NCBI GenBank assembly: GCA_964502665.1
Contig: CAZCXP010000004.1
Coordinates: 1 to 39,047, forward strand
From: an uncultured Dehalococcoidia bacterium
GTDB taxonomy: Bacteria > Chloroflexota > Dehalococcoidia > SZUA-161
DNA length: 39,047 bases
Direction of reading: 5' to 3'
Below, piece after piece: positions 8,391 to 16,953 of this stretch. Position 1 is the stretch's first letter; every line of letters begins with the position of its first letter. The position numbers and the translations under genes are program-made. A model generated the notes under the pieces. It made no database searches and was not told where the DNA came from. It saw nothing but the letters and a program-made list of their open reading frames with translations.

Positions 8391-9881
8391 ATGAAGCAAT
8401 ACATTCTTTCAATAGACCAGGGTACCACGGGCACCACTGCGCTCCTGGTTGATCGGCATGGCAATGTGCAGGGGCGTGGCTACGCAGAGATCAGCCAATA
8501 CTATCCGCAGCCAGGTTGGGTCGAGCAAGAGCCTGCCGACATATGGCAGAAGACTTTGCAGGCGATAGAACAGGCAAAACGCGGTGCAAGCGCCAGCGAC
8601 GCGCACATCGCAGCCATCGGGATCGCCAACCAGCGCGAGACCACGCTTCTGATCAACAAGGAAACAGGCGAAGCAATAGGGCGTGCTATCGTGTGGCAGT
8701 GCCGCCGCACAGCACCCAGGTGTGACGAACTCACGACTCAAGGGCTCGCCGAGATGATCCGTGCCAAGACAGGCCTGGTGGTAGACGCATACTTCTCGGG
8801 AACCAAGCTGGAGTGGATGCTGGGCAGCGTTCAAGGCATCCGTCAACTCGCTGAACAGGGCAAAGTGCTCTTTGCCAATGTTGACACCTGGCTTATCTGG
8901 AAGCTCACTGGCGGGGCAGTTCATGCCACCGATATTTCCAATGCGTCGCGCACTATGCTCTTTAATCTCCATACCCTGGCCTGGGATGATGACTTACTCC
9001 GGGTATTCGGGATTCCACGAGCCATGCTCCCGAAGGTTCAACCTTCCAGCGGTGTTTTTGGCTATACTAGCGGCGGCATTCCAGTTGCTGGCGTGGCTGG
9101 TGACCAGCAAGCGGCGCTTTTCGGCCAGGCATGCTTCGAACCTGGAATGGTCAAGGCCACCTTAGGCACTGGTGCGTTCGTGCTGATGAACATTGGAAAG
9201 GCCCCCACAGTTTCGAAACATGGCTTGATAACCACTATCGCCTGGGGCATCGGGGACGCAGTTGAGTATGCGTTGGAAGGAAGCGTCTTCATAGCAGGAG
9301 CCGTCATCCAGTGGCTGCGCGATGAATTGGGGCTGATCGCTGATGCAGCAGAATCGGAGCGGCTGGCAGCTGAAGTAAAGGACACGGGTGGGGTGTACTT
9401 CGTGCCTGCCTTCGTAGGGCTGGGTGCACCACACTGGGATATGTACGCCAGGGGTACAATCGTAGGTTTGACCCGGGGCACCGGTAAGTCTCACCTGGTC
9501 AGAGCGGCGCTCGAGTCGATCGCCTACCAGGTGTGCGACGTGGTAAGAGCTATGACAGCCGATTCAGGTTTACGACCAACGGAGATACGGGCGGACGGAG
9601 GTGCCGCCGCCAATAACTTCCTCGCCCAGTTCCAGGCCGATATGCTTGGTGTGAAGGTATCACGCCCTCGATCAGTTGAGACTACGGCCCTGGGAGCAGC
9701 GTATCTCGCTGGGCTGGCGGTGGGGTTTTGGAAAGACCGTGCGGAGATAGCATCGCTTTGGGACGAGGACCAGTCCTTCATACCTGCTGGGGAACGGGAA
9801 AGGCGTCAAGCTCTCTACCGTGGCTGGCGTAGGGCTCTAAGGCGATCCAGACGATGGCTGACGAAAGGCACAGGACTATAG
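8391..9881 (+). CDS. glpK: Glycerol kinase
   Basis: 496 aa FGGY kinase. N-terminus ILSIDQGTTGTTALL, YPQPGWVEQEP, NQRETTLL, GDQQAALFGQ and GGAAANNFL are typical GlpK blocks. Confidence 0.95.
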   Translation: MKQYILSIDQGTTGTTALLVDRHGNVQGRGYAEISQYYPQPGWVEQEPADIWQKTLQAIEQAKRGASASDAHIAAIGIANQRETTLLINKETGEAIGRAIVWQCRRTAPRCDELTTQGLAEMIRAKTGLVVDAYFSGTKLEWMLGSVQGIRQLAEQGKVLFANVDTWLIWKLTGGAVHATDISNASRTMLFNLHTLAWDDDLLRVFGIPRAMLPKVQPSSGVFGYTSGGIPVAGVAGDQQAALFGQACFEPGMVKATLGTGAFVLMNIGKAPTVSKHGLITTIAWGIGDAVEYALEGSVFIAGAVIQWLRDELGLIADAAESERLAAEVKDTGGVYFVPAFVGLGAPHWDMYARGTIVGLTRGTGKSHLVRAALESIAYQVCDVVRAMTADSGLRPTEIRADGGAAANNFLAQFQADMLGVKVSRPRSVETTALGAAYLAGLAVGFWKDRAEIASLWDEDQSFIPAGERERRQALYRGWRRALRRSRRWLTKGTGL

Positions 9882-9936
9882 CAGCGGTTGGCCAGGCGAA
9901 TAGGTGTATCCTGTCGGAACAGAAGAAGGTGCCTTT

Positions 9937-11130
9937 ATGGATCTTTTCGATAGATTCAATGCCGAGAAATGCACCTTGTGCGGCGAATGTTTTCACCAGT
10001 GCCCGGTGATGCATTTGCCCCTGGAGGTTGCAAAGGCGGAGATCGTGCGGCTCACAACCGGTCAGGAGACGCGTCACGTGTTGCAGAAATGCACGAGCTG
10101 CTTCGCATGTAACCTCATCTGCCCTGAGGGGTGCAATCCTACCCAGGCAATCCTCGATATCTGGCACGAGAAATCCGTGCGCCGAGGCTTGCCCATAAGG
10201 GCCATGTACTACATCCCCGATAGCGCGCTCAATTTCAGAACCTACGTCCTCGAGAGGCTTCCAAAGGATGAAAAGGCCCTCGTTAAGTCGTGGGAGGATA
10301 CCTCGCCCTGCGATGAAGTGTTCTATCCCGGTTGCAATGTGATTACCGTTCCCTATCTGACGCGGACGAAACTCCTCGACGGCATGAATATCAGGGGATC
10401 GCTGAATCTGTGCTGTGGCGAGACCTACTACCGCACCGGACAGTACGAGATGGTGGAGAGGGCCGCCAAACGGCTGGAGGCGTGGCAGAAGCAACTGGGT
10501 TTCAAGAAGATGATCATTCCCTGCACCGCTGGCCGTAACATGTTCACCAACGTTTTGCCCAAATTCGGTGTGAAGTTCGATTTTGAGGTTCAGCACCTGC
10601 TGCCCTGCCTGCTGGAGAGGATCGAGAAGGGCAAAATCGAGATCGTCAAGCCTCTGAACATGACGGTCACCATCCAGGAATCCTGCTACGGCAAATTCTT
10701 CGGGGACGAGTATATGGATGTTCCGAGAAAGCTATTGGAGAAGGCGGGCGCTACGGTGGTAGAGGAAGACCTCTGTCGCGAGAAAGCCCTGTGCTGCGGT
10801 ATCGGGGGCGGGTTCAGCTACTCTTCGAGCTACCACCCTTGGGACATCACCCTGGCCACGATAAGGACCTTGCGGCTGGCCAAGAAGACAAAGGCACAGG
10901 CATTGGTGGTTTACTGTGCCGGCTGCCTCCAGATGCTCACCGTTGGTCAAATCGTCTATCCCAACCGGATGCCCATCTACCATATACTCGAGCTGCTTCA
11001 GATTGCCGCTGGCGAAGAGCCGGAAAGGCGCCATAAGGGAAGGGCGCGTTCGATGTTCAAAGGGGTCGCGATCAACCAGTTCCCCAAGGTGATCTCCAGG
11101 AAGCGATTCTATACCAAGGACCTGCCCTAG
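9937..11130 (+). CDS. HdrD/GlpC-like iron-sulfur protein (2x[4Fe-4S] + 2 CCG domains), paralogue 1
   Basis: CTLCGECFHQCP and CTSCFACNLICP ferredoxin motifs. CCG motifs LNLCCGE and ALCCGIGGG. ATG 9937 is preferred over the listed GTG at 9904. Confidence 0.85.
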   Translation: MDLFDRFNAEKCTLCGECFHQCPVMHLPLEVAKAEIVRLTTGQETRHVLQKCTSCFACNLICPEGCNPTQAILDIWHEKSVRRGLPIRAMYYIPDSALNFRTYVLERLPKDEKALVKSWEDTSPCDEVFYPGCNVITVPYLTRTKLLDGMNIRGSLNLCCGETYYRTGQYEMVERAAKRLEAWQKQLGFKKMIIPCTAGRNMFTNVLPKFGVKFDFEVQHLLPCLLERIEKGKIEIVKPLNMTVTIQESCYGKFFGDEYMDVPRKLLEKAGATVVEEDLCREKALCCGIGGGFSYSSSYHPWDITLATIRTLRLAKKTKAQALVVYCAGCLQMLTVGQIVYPNRMPIYHILELLQIAAGEEPERRHKGRARSMFKGVAINQFPKVISRKRFYTKDLP

Positions 11131-11268
11131 CATTTATGTACGGAGCATCGTAGGGATGCAAACATGGATTTCGCTGGTTCGCGGAAGACATTTAGGCTCT
11201 GTGGTGTTAATATCCGATGTCAGGCATTAAATCGTAGCGAGACCTAAAGCGAAAGGGGGCACGCGGCG

Positions 11269-12465
11269 ATGGCTGAGCTTAGGGATTTCTTCAATGAGGA
11301 GGCCTGCGACCGGTGTGGTGACTGCCTTGCGAAATGCCCTGTTATCCATCTGAGTCAGGCCGAGGCGCAACGAGAGATCGGTCGCCTCATCGATGGTGAG
11401 GAGAGCAGGGTGGTCCTCGACCACTGTTCCTCCTGCTTCGCCTGCAACCACATCTGCACCAAAGGGGCGAATCCCTATGGATTGATACTGTTCCGATGGT
11501 TTGAGCGCTACCAGAGGAAGGGTCTCCCCCAGAGGGCTCATATGGCCCTGCCTCTTGCGGAGAAGAACTATTTTCAGGTGCTCAAGGAAAAGGCTCCCCC
11601 TGATGAGCAAAGAGTCCTTCGAGAGTGGCACGATCTCTCCCGCCTGGAGCTGGCCTCGAAGGGACAGGCGCTCTTCGCCGGGTGCAATCTGAAGATGATG
11701 CCTTACTTCACCTTCAGTTCGCTTTTCGCCGACCTTCCGATTTTCACCGCCCCTGATCTGTGCTGCGGCGAGGTTTACTTCCGCATGGGCATCCTGGACA
11801 AGGCCGAGAGCCATGCGCACTACCTCGAAGAAAGATACCGCGCCCTAAACCCGAAGAGCGTGGTCTACTTCTGCCTTGCTGGTTACAACACGATGCAGAA
11901 CTTGCTGCCCCGATACTTTGGAGTTAGCTTCGATTTCGACAAGGTGTACCTCCTCGACTACCTGTGGCAAAAGATAGAGGCAGACGAGATAAAGATCGCA
12001 CGCCGCGCCGAAGGAACAGTCACCGTCCAGGATCCTTGCCATGCCAAGACCCTGGGCTCCCACTTCATGGACATGCCGCGCCAACTGCTTCAGGACATGG
12101 GATACAGCATAGTGGAGATGGAGCATAACAGGGAGTTGGGGCTGTGCTGTGGCTTCGGTAACGGGGCTGGCCGCTACAGCCCTATAGATATCATCTCATG
12201 GGCTCTGAGGAGACTTGGTGAGGCCAGGAGAACAGGGGCAAAGATGTTGGTCACATATTGCAGCGTTTGCCTACTCTTCCTCTCTGTGGCGCGGAAGCTC
12301 TATCCTATGGCCCCTCCGGTATATCATGTACTCGACCTGTTACAGATGGCCATCGGCGAGCAGCCGGCATTGAGACACTCGGAGCGGGCCAACAAGATGA
12401 TCAAGTACATGACCTTTGGCCTGCCCCGGATGGTCTCCCCCAGGAGAAGCTGGGTCGAGAGCTAG
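11269..12465 (+). CDS. HdrD/GlpC-like iron-sulfur protein, paralogue 2
   Basis: CDRCGDCLAKCP and CSSCFACNHIC motifs. CCG motifs PDLCCGE and LGLCCGFGNG. Colinear with paralogue 1 at roughly 35-40% identity by eye. Confidence 0.85.
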   Translation: MAELRDFFNEEACDRCGDCLAKCPVIHLSQAEAQREIGRLIDGEESRVVLDHCSSCFACNHICTKGANPYGLILFRWFERYQRKGLPQRAHMALPLAEKNYFQVLKEKAPPDEQRVLREWHDLSRLELASKGQALFAGCNLKMMPYFTFSSLFADLPIFTAPDLCCGEVYFRMGILDKAESHAHYLEERYRALNPKSVVYFCLAGYNTMQNLLPRYFGVSFDFDKVYLLDYLWQKIEADEIKIARRAEGTVTVQDPCHAKTLGSHFMDMPRQLLQDMGYSIVEMEHNRELGLCCGFGNGAGRYSPIDIISWALRRLGEARRTGAKMLVTYCSVCLLFLSVARKLYPMAPPVYHVLDLLQMAIGEQPALRHSERANKMIKYMTFGLPRMVSPRRSWVES

Positions 12466-12537
12466 CGCGCCCGGCGATTCGCTGGAGCCGACACTCGCTA
12501 CCGCGCGTCCAAATCGGCGACTCCGATGAGGGTCGGG

Positions 12538-12580
12538 GCCGGCAATAACTGCGCTGTTTGTAGCAGTAGGTATTGCCGGC
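12538..12580. terminator. Long hairpin between convergent genes (candidate bidirectional terminator)
   Basis: GCCGGCAATA ... TATTGCCGGC is a perfect 10-bp inverted repeat enclosing a second 5-bp pair (ACTGC/GCAGT). It sits between the stops at 12465 (+) and 12595 (-). There is no clear U-tract. Confidence 0.45.
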
Positions 12581-12594
12581 AGCCAAGAGGAACT

Positions 12595-13764
12595 CTAGAT
12601 ACTGATCGGATACTTACCCCACTTGTGCGCCGCCTCGATCATCCAGGCCAGTCGTGTTGGGTCCACAGCCGTATGAGAGTGGGACGCCGAGAGGATATAG
12701 CCACCTCCCTTGGCAGCATCCTTTATCGCTTTCTTAACTGCATCTTCAACTTCTTCTCTGGTGCCCCTGACCAAGAGATAAGAAACATCCAGATTGCCAA
12801 CCAGGACCAGTTTGTGCCCCACTTGTTCTCGAACCCTGCCCAGTTCCATACCCGCTGTGGGCTCCAGCGTAAATACGCCGTCAAAGCCCCATTCAACGAA
12901 TTTGTCGAGGAATGCATAGATATTTCCGCAGGAGTGCCAGATCAATTTCTTGTTCTTTTTGTGCACAAGCTCCGAGACCCGTCTGTAGCTTTCCCCGAAC
13001 AGCTCCTCAACCAGATCGGGCCGCATTATCGGCCCCGTCTTCTGTCCCAGGTCATCCCCGCCCATCACCACCTCGCCCCCGGACTTCACTATCGCATCCA
13101 GGTACCTCAAGTAGAGCTCGGTCTGGAAAGCGATCACCCTTTTCACGAAATCGGGCTTCTGATAGACGTATCTGGTGAAGTTCACGAAGCCCATCGACTG
13201 CCAGGTGGACTCGAATATCTCTGTGCTGGTGTACCCGATGGGGAAAATCCTGTCGCCGTAGTTGTCTGCCAGCTTCCTATAATGCTCGGCGGCGTCCCTT
13301 ATGAACTTGTCGAGAAAGGGCTTCTTACTTTCAACCCAGGCATCCCACTTCTCCTCCGTGGGACAGAGCCCGTGGGTATAGTTCACAACTACGTTGCCGT
13401 CTTCCTTCCCGGTTATCTCCCAGGCACGCCCTGCTATATCGTGGCAGGCCAGACCTTGCTTGACCCCCGGGTCTTCGACCACCTCCATGTATGTGTATGT
13501 CGTCCAGTTGGCGTCGAAGCCCAGCTTGATTGCGGCCTCCAGGGCATCCGAGAAATTGCCGTATACCAACTCTGCCCAGCTTGAATTGATGATATCCTTG
13601 ACCTGCCCCTTCAACTCGGGGTTTCTGAGCATGCTGGCCATATCGGCGGGCGGCCTGCCCAGAATCTTGTTGCTGGTGGCTGGTTCCGCGATCAGACCCA
13701 TCACCGGAACCCGGTCCGGCTCCTCGTGATTCATGGTAGCTAGAACACGTTCCTTGAAATCCAT
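12595..13764 (-). CDS. URO-D/MtaA-family (corrinoid-dependent) methyltransferase
   Basis: Uroporphyrinogen-decarboxylase-like fold pattern (EPDRVPVMG, GGDDLGQKTGPIMRPD, IWHSCGNI, FTLEP). ATG at 13764 shares one base with the corrinoid gene stop (GTGATGG), and a GGAG lies 9 nt upstream. The listed start at 13779 is also possible. Confidence 0.85.
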   Translation of the reverse strand: MDFKERVLATMNHEEPDRVPVMGLIAEPATSNKILGRPPADMASMLRNPELKGQVKDIINSSWAELVYGNFSDALEAAIKLGFDANWTTYTYMEVVEDPGVKQGLACHDIAGRAWEITGKEDGNVVVNYTHGLCPTEEKWDAWVESKKPFLDKFIRDAAEHYRKLADNYGDRIFPIGYTSTEIFESTWQSMGFVNFTRYVYQKPDFVKRVIAFQTELYLRYLDAIVKSGGEVVMGGDDLGQKTGPIMRPDLVEELFGESYRRVSELVHKKNKKLIWHSCGNIYAFLDKFVEWGFDGVFTLEPTAGMELGRVREQVGHKLVLVGNLDVSYLLVRGTREEVEDAVKKAIKDAAKGGGYILSASHSHTAVDPTRLAWMIEAAHKWGKYPISI

Positions 13765-14411
13765 CACGAGGCACTCCATTCCTTGATAATGTCAGTGCCC
13801 GTAACAGCATCGGGGGCAAATGCGTCCGCTCCTACGTTTGTGGCAAATTCCTTGGTGAGCGCTGCGCCACCTATGATGACTTTGACCCTATTCCTGAGGC
13901 CTTGCTTCTTCAATTCTTCTATGACTTTCCCTATCTCCATATCCGTGGCGGTCAGGAGACACGACATTCCTAGAGCGAGCGGACTATGCTCGTTGACTGC
14001 ATCAATGAATTTCTGAGTAGGTACATCGATACCAAGATCGATCATATTGAAGCCTGCGCTCTTGGCGTAGTTTATGAAAATGTTCTTGCCGAGATCATGC
14101 AGATCACCTGCAACAGTTCCAACCACAACGGTTCCTGCTGATTCCGTCGCCCCAGCTTCCATCAGTGGCGATAGCAGATTCATAACGTCCTTGGCTATTT
14201 CACCCGCATATACCAGCTCAGCCAGAAACCACTCTCCTTCTTGAAACCTTTTCCCCACAATCTGCAAGGCACGGGTGACCGCATCAACGGCGTCTTTGAC
14301 GGCCGCAGAATCGTCTCCCTTGATTACCGAGCTGGCCGCTTCGATCGCAGTGTCCATGTCCAGCTCTAATAGGCCGTTCTTTAGTTGCTCGAGGACGTCA
14401 TTTGACATCAT
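13764..14411 (-). CDS. Corrinoid (cobalamin-binding) protein
   Basis: B12-binding DxHxxG motif (GDLHDLGKN), SCLLT and IIGGAAL blocks, N-terminal helical cap. GGGAGA RBS. Confidence 0.9.
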   Translation of the reverse strand: MMSNDVLEQLKNGLLELDMDTAIEAASSVIKGDDSAAVKDAVDAVTRALQIVGKRFQEGEWFLAELVYAGEIAKDVMNLLSPLMEAGATESAGTVVVGTVAGDLHDLGKNIFINYAKSAGFNMIDLGIDVPTQKFIDAVNEHSPLALGMSCLLTATDMEIGKVIEELKKQGLRNRVKVIIGGAALTKEFATNVGADAFAPDAVTGTDIIKEWSAS

Positions 14412-14443
14412 GCGGTCTCCCGATCAAGAAGATTCGGGGCTTA

Positions 14444-14472
14444 ATGATAGCTGGCCAAGCTGACGCTGTCAA
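14444..14472 (-). promoter_or_regulatory. sigma70-like promoter of the corrinoid/methyltransferase operon
   Basis: On the minus strand: TTGACA (14472-14467), 17-nt spacer, TATCAT (14449-14444). The ATG at 14411 lies about 30 nt downstream. Confidence 0.6.
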
Positions 14473-14566
14473 CCAGGGCCGGCCGATGTTCCAAAGTGGA
14501 ATGATTCTTGGAGACCAAGAGGACGTTGATAAGGCTCACTGTAATTAGAAGTAGGATTCGCTTTGG

Positions 14567-14582
14567 CAAGCTGGCCAGCTTG
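14567..14582. promoter_or_regulatory. Perfect 16-bp palindrome (candidate operator) overlapping a -35 box
   Basis: CAAGCTGGCCAGCTTG equals its own reverse complement. Its last 3 nt are the TTG of the -35 at 14580. A related AGCTGGCCAAGCT sits at 14449-14461, covering most of the spacer of the divergent promoter and one base of its -10. Confidence 0.5.
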
Positions 14583-14607
14583 ACAAACTCCGACTGTGTG
14601 GTATTAT
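14580..14607 (+). promoter_or_regulatory. sigma70-like promoter of the Zn-ribbon/FKBP/RRM cluster
   Basis: TTGACA (14580-14585), 16-nt spacer, TATTAT (14602-14607). Confidence 0.55.
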
Positions 14608-14726
14608 GCTCATAACAGCCTGTTATAAGAAGTTTGGTATTCCTCGACCTGCCGGATTCCCCGACCATTACCCAGGCCATGGATGATCCAGCTCAAATCA
14701 GGTATTAAGCAAAGGAGGGCACATCC

Positions 14727-15026
14727 ATGGACTACGTGGACAAAACCCTAACCTGTTTGGATTGCGGCGCAGAGTTCACCTTCAGCGCTTCCGAGCAGGA
14801 GTTCTTCGCTAGCAAGGGTTTCACCAATGAACCTGGCCGTTGTCCTGACTGCCGGGCAGCCAGAAGACAGCAGCGCCTTGGTGGGTACAGTGGCGGAGGC
14901 TACCGGCGGAGGCAAATGTACCCGGCCGTTTGCGCCTCTTGCGGCAAAGACTGCGAAGTACCGTTCGAGCCCCGAAACGGTCGACCTGTCTACTGCTCGG
15001 ACTGCTACGGTGCGGTTAAGCGGTAG
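14727..15026 (+). CDS. Zinc-ribbon domain protein (zf-trcl-like)
   Basis: Two CxxC...CxxC units (CLDCG..CPDC and CASCG..CSDC). FSASEQEFFASKGF block. RBS AAAGGAGGG. Confidence 0.8.
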   Translation: MDYVDKTLTCLDCGAEFTFSASEQEFFASKGFTNEPGRCPDCRAARRQQRLGGYSGGGYRRRQMYPAVCASCGKDCEVPFEPRNGRPVYCSDCYGAVKR

Positions 15027-15198
15027 CCAGAAGAAAAGAGCAGTTAACTACTGATCCTACCAGGATCGCTTTCAGGACTTAGGCTGAGGATAAGGGCAGG
15101 TGGGAATGGTGCCCGATTCCTCGTTTTGACGATGCCCTGGTTTTCTTGCATGACGTCATTCGCTTTGCTGCCCAGTTTTGGTGCCAAAGGAGGAAACA

Positions 15199-15627
15199 AT
15201 GGCGCAGGCAGAACATGGTGATACCGTCAGGGTACACTGCACGGGCAAATTCGCGGACGGCAAGGTATTTGAGGCTTTCGTCGAGGATCAACCTCTGCAA
15301 TTTACAATAGGTGAGGATAAGGTTATCACGGATCTTGAACAGGCTGTAGTCGGGATGACTAAGGGCGAATCGAAAACCATCAAGGTCATGGCGGACAATG
15401 CATACGGCCCATACCGTGATGAACTGATATTTGTGCTAGACCGGGCCCGATTCCCAGAGAACCTTCAACTAGAGGTCGGTCAGGATTTACTAATACGTGA
15501 AGGGAATGATCCAGGACTCCGAGTGACTGTGATCGATGTCTCCGAATCGAGCGTGACCCTGGATGCCAACCACCCTCTGGCTGCGGAAGACCTGACTATC
15601 GATATCTATCTCGTAGAGGTCGTCTAA
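15199..15627 (+). CDS. FKBP-type peptidyl-prolyl isomerase (SlyD-like)
   Basis: GDTVRVHCTGKFADGKVFE, GMTKGESK and the NHPLA..DLT..I.LVEV C-terminus. ATG 15199 follows AGGAGG; the listed start at 15178 is less likely. Confidence 0.85.
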   Translation: MAQAEHGDTVRVHCTGKFADGKVFEAFVEDQPLQFTIGEDKVITDLEQAVVGMTKGESKTIKVMADNAYGPYRDELIFVLDRARFPENLQLEVGQDLLIREGNDPGLRVTVIDVSESSVTLDANHPLAAEDLTIDIYLVEVV

Positions 15628-15682
15628 TCGTTTCGTCCGTAGTGATATGCCAATTGGGCTTTTGCCCAAAGAAGGGGGCAAT

Positions 15683-16030
15683 TTGAATATCCATGTCGGC
15701 AATCTAGCGCGTGAGGTCACGGAAGAAGAGTTGCGACAAGCCTTTGAACCATTTGGACAAGTTGCAGCAGTGAGGATCATCACGGACAGGTACAGCGGCG
15801 TGTCCAAAGGCTTTGGCTTCGTAGAGATGGCAGACAAGGGCGAAGGTCAAGCTGCCATCGAAGGTCTGAACATGAAGGAGTTGGCAGGGCGTACGCTGGA
15901 TATCAGTGAGGCACGCCCTCCCCGCGACGGCAGAAGGGACAACAGGCCCTATGGTGGCGGGGGAGGGGGCAGGCCGGGCCGTGGGGGAAGAAGTGGCTGG
16001 TCAGGCGGCGGCAGACGGCGACCGTTTTAA
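15683..16030 (+). CDS. RRM-type RNA-binding protein with an Arg/Gly-rich tail
   Basis: RNP-2 IHVGNL and RNP-1 KGFGFVEM. C-terminal RRDNRPYGGGGGGRPGRGGRSGWSGGGRRRPF. TTG 15683 gives the canonical MNIHVGNL N-terminus behind AAGGGGG. The listed start is 15647. Confidence 0.85.
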   Translation: MNIHVGNLAREVTEEELRQAFEPFGQVAAVRIITDRYSGVSKGFGFVEMADKGEGQAAIEGLNMKELAGRTLDISEARPPRDGRRDNRPYGGGGGGRPGRGGRSGWSGGGRRRPF

Positions 16031-16115
16031 GTTGCCCAGGGACCTCAGGCGCAAGGCTAGGGCCTCCAGCAGGGCATCCAGCCTCCGTCACAACCCTATG
16101 GAAGACGGTGTAACG

Positions 16116-16952
16116 CTACCCCCTCCTTTTCAACGGTATGGTCTTGAACTCCTCCACCACCCCCGTTACTGCCTTTTCCACAGGGATCCTCTCTATACTT
16201 GACGCTCCGACAAAACCTACCGCGTCCGTATGTTCATAAAGATACCTGGTATCCTCAGGGGCTGCAAATGGTCCCCCATGCGCTAGACAAATGATGTCCG
16301 AATTTATTTCCTTGGTCGCCTCTATCATCTTCTGCACGTTCTCAGCCGCATCCTTCATAGACGAAGCATCATAACCAACCAGGCCGCCAGCGGTTCCTCC
16401 TGCATGAGGAACCATGCAATCAACTCCTGCTACAGCTATCGCCGGTACATCTTTGGGATACCATACGTAAGCCATGGTGAATATATCCATATCGCGCGCT
16501 ATCCGTATCATCTCAATCTCTCTGGAGAACCCCAGTCCCTCCGCATCCTTCTGCTTACGCCAGTTTTCATCCGTACTCCAGCCGTATGTAGGAAAGTTGA
16601 TTATGCCTGAGTATCCAATGTCGATGAACCTTTTCACCAGTTGAGCCAGGTCCCTGCCAGCGGGCGGTTCAAATGCTTCGATGCCGGCGATTATGGGGGT
16701 GTCTCGCACCACATTCCCTATTTCCTCATACATCTCCAAGGTTACCGCATTGGAGTTCTCAACGGGGCCAGTCTGGAACCCTCTTATCCTTGTCTTCCCA
16801 GAACTATAGACCATTATCAGATCGGCCCCTCCAAGTTCAGCGCATTTAGCTATGATACCGGCACTGCAACCGGCGGCGATGATCGGCTTTCCCTCCGCGA
16901 TTGTATTTTTGAGCCTCTCCAGTATCTCCGTCCTGGTGAATCTTCGGCTCAT
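16116..16952 (-). CDS. PEP-hydrolase-like TIM-barrel protein (COG5564 family)
   Basis: N-terminus R.EILERLKNTIAEGKPIIAAGCSAGIIAKCAELGGADLIMVYSSG matches my recollection of this family, which is normally adjacent to UPF0261. The start lies 1 nt after the upstream stop. Confidence 0.75.
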   Translation of the reverse strand: MSRRFTRTEILERLKNTIAEGKPIIAAGCSAGIIAKCAELGGADLIMVYSSGKTRIRGFQTGPVENSNAVTLEMYEEIGNVVRDTPIIAGIEAFEPPAGRDLAQLVKRFIDIGYSGIINFPTYGWSTDENWRKQKDAEGLGFSREIEMIRIARDMDIFTMAYVWYPKDVPAIAVAGVDCMVPHAGGTAGGLVGYDASSMKDAAENVQKMIEATKEINSDIICLAHGGPFAAPEDTRYLYEHTDAVGFVGASSIERIPVEKAVTGVVEEFKTIPLKRRG

Positions 16953-16953
16953 T

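Noticed and set aside
9778-11820. Minus-strand ORFs of 272, 133 and 197 aa overlapping the HdrD-like genes
   Set aside because: The plus-strand frames carry unambiguous CxxCxxCxxxCP and CCG motifs. The antisense frames show none.
12526-13584. 352-aa plus-strand ORF
   Set aside because: It is a shadow ORF antisense to the URO-D-family methyltransferase gene. It has no recognisable motifs and a low-complexity Pro/Arg/Leu-rich composition. The minus-strand frame has clear family blocks and operon context.
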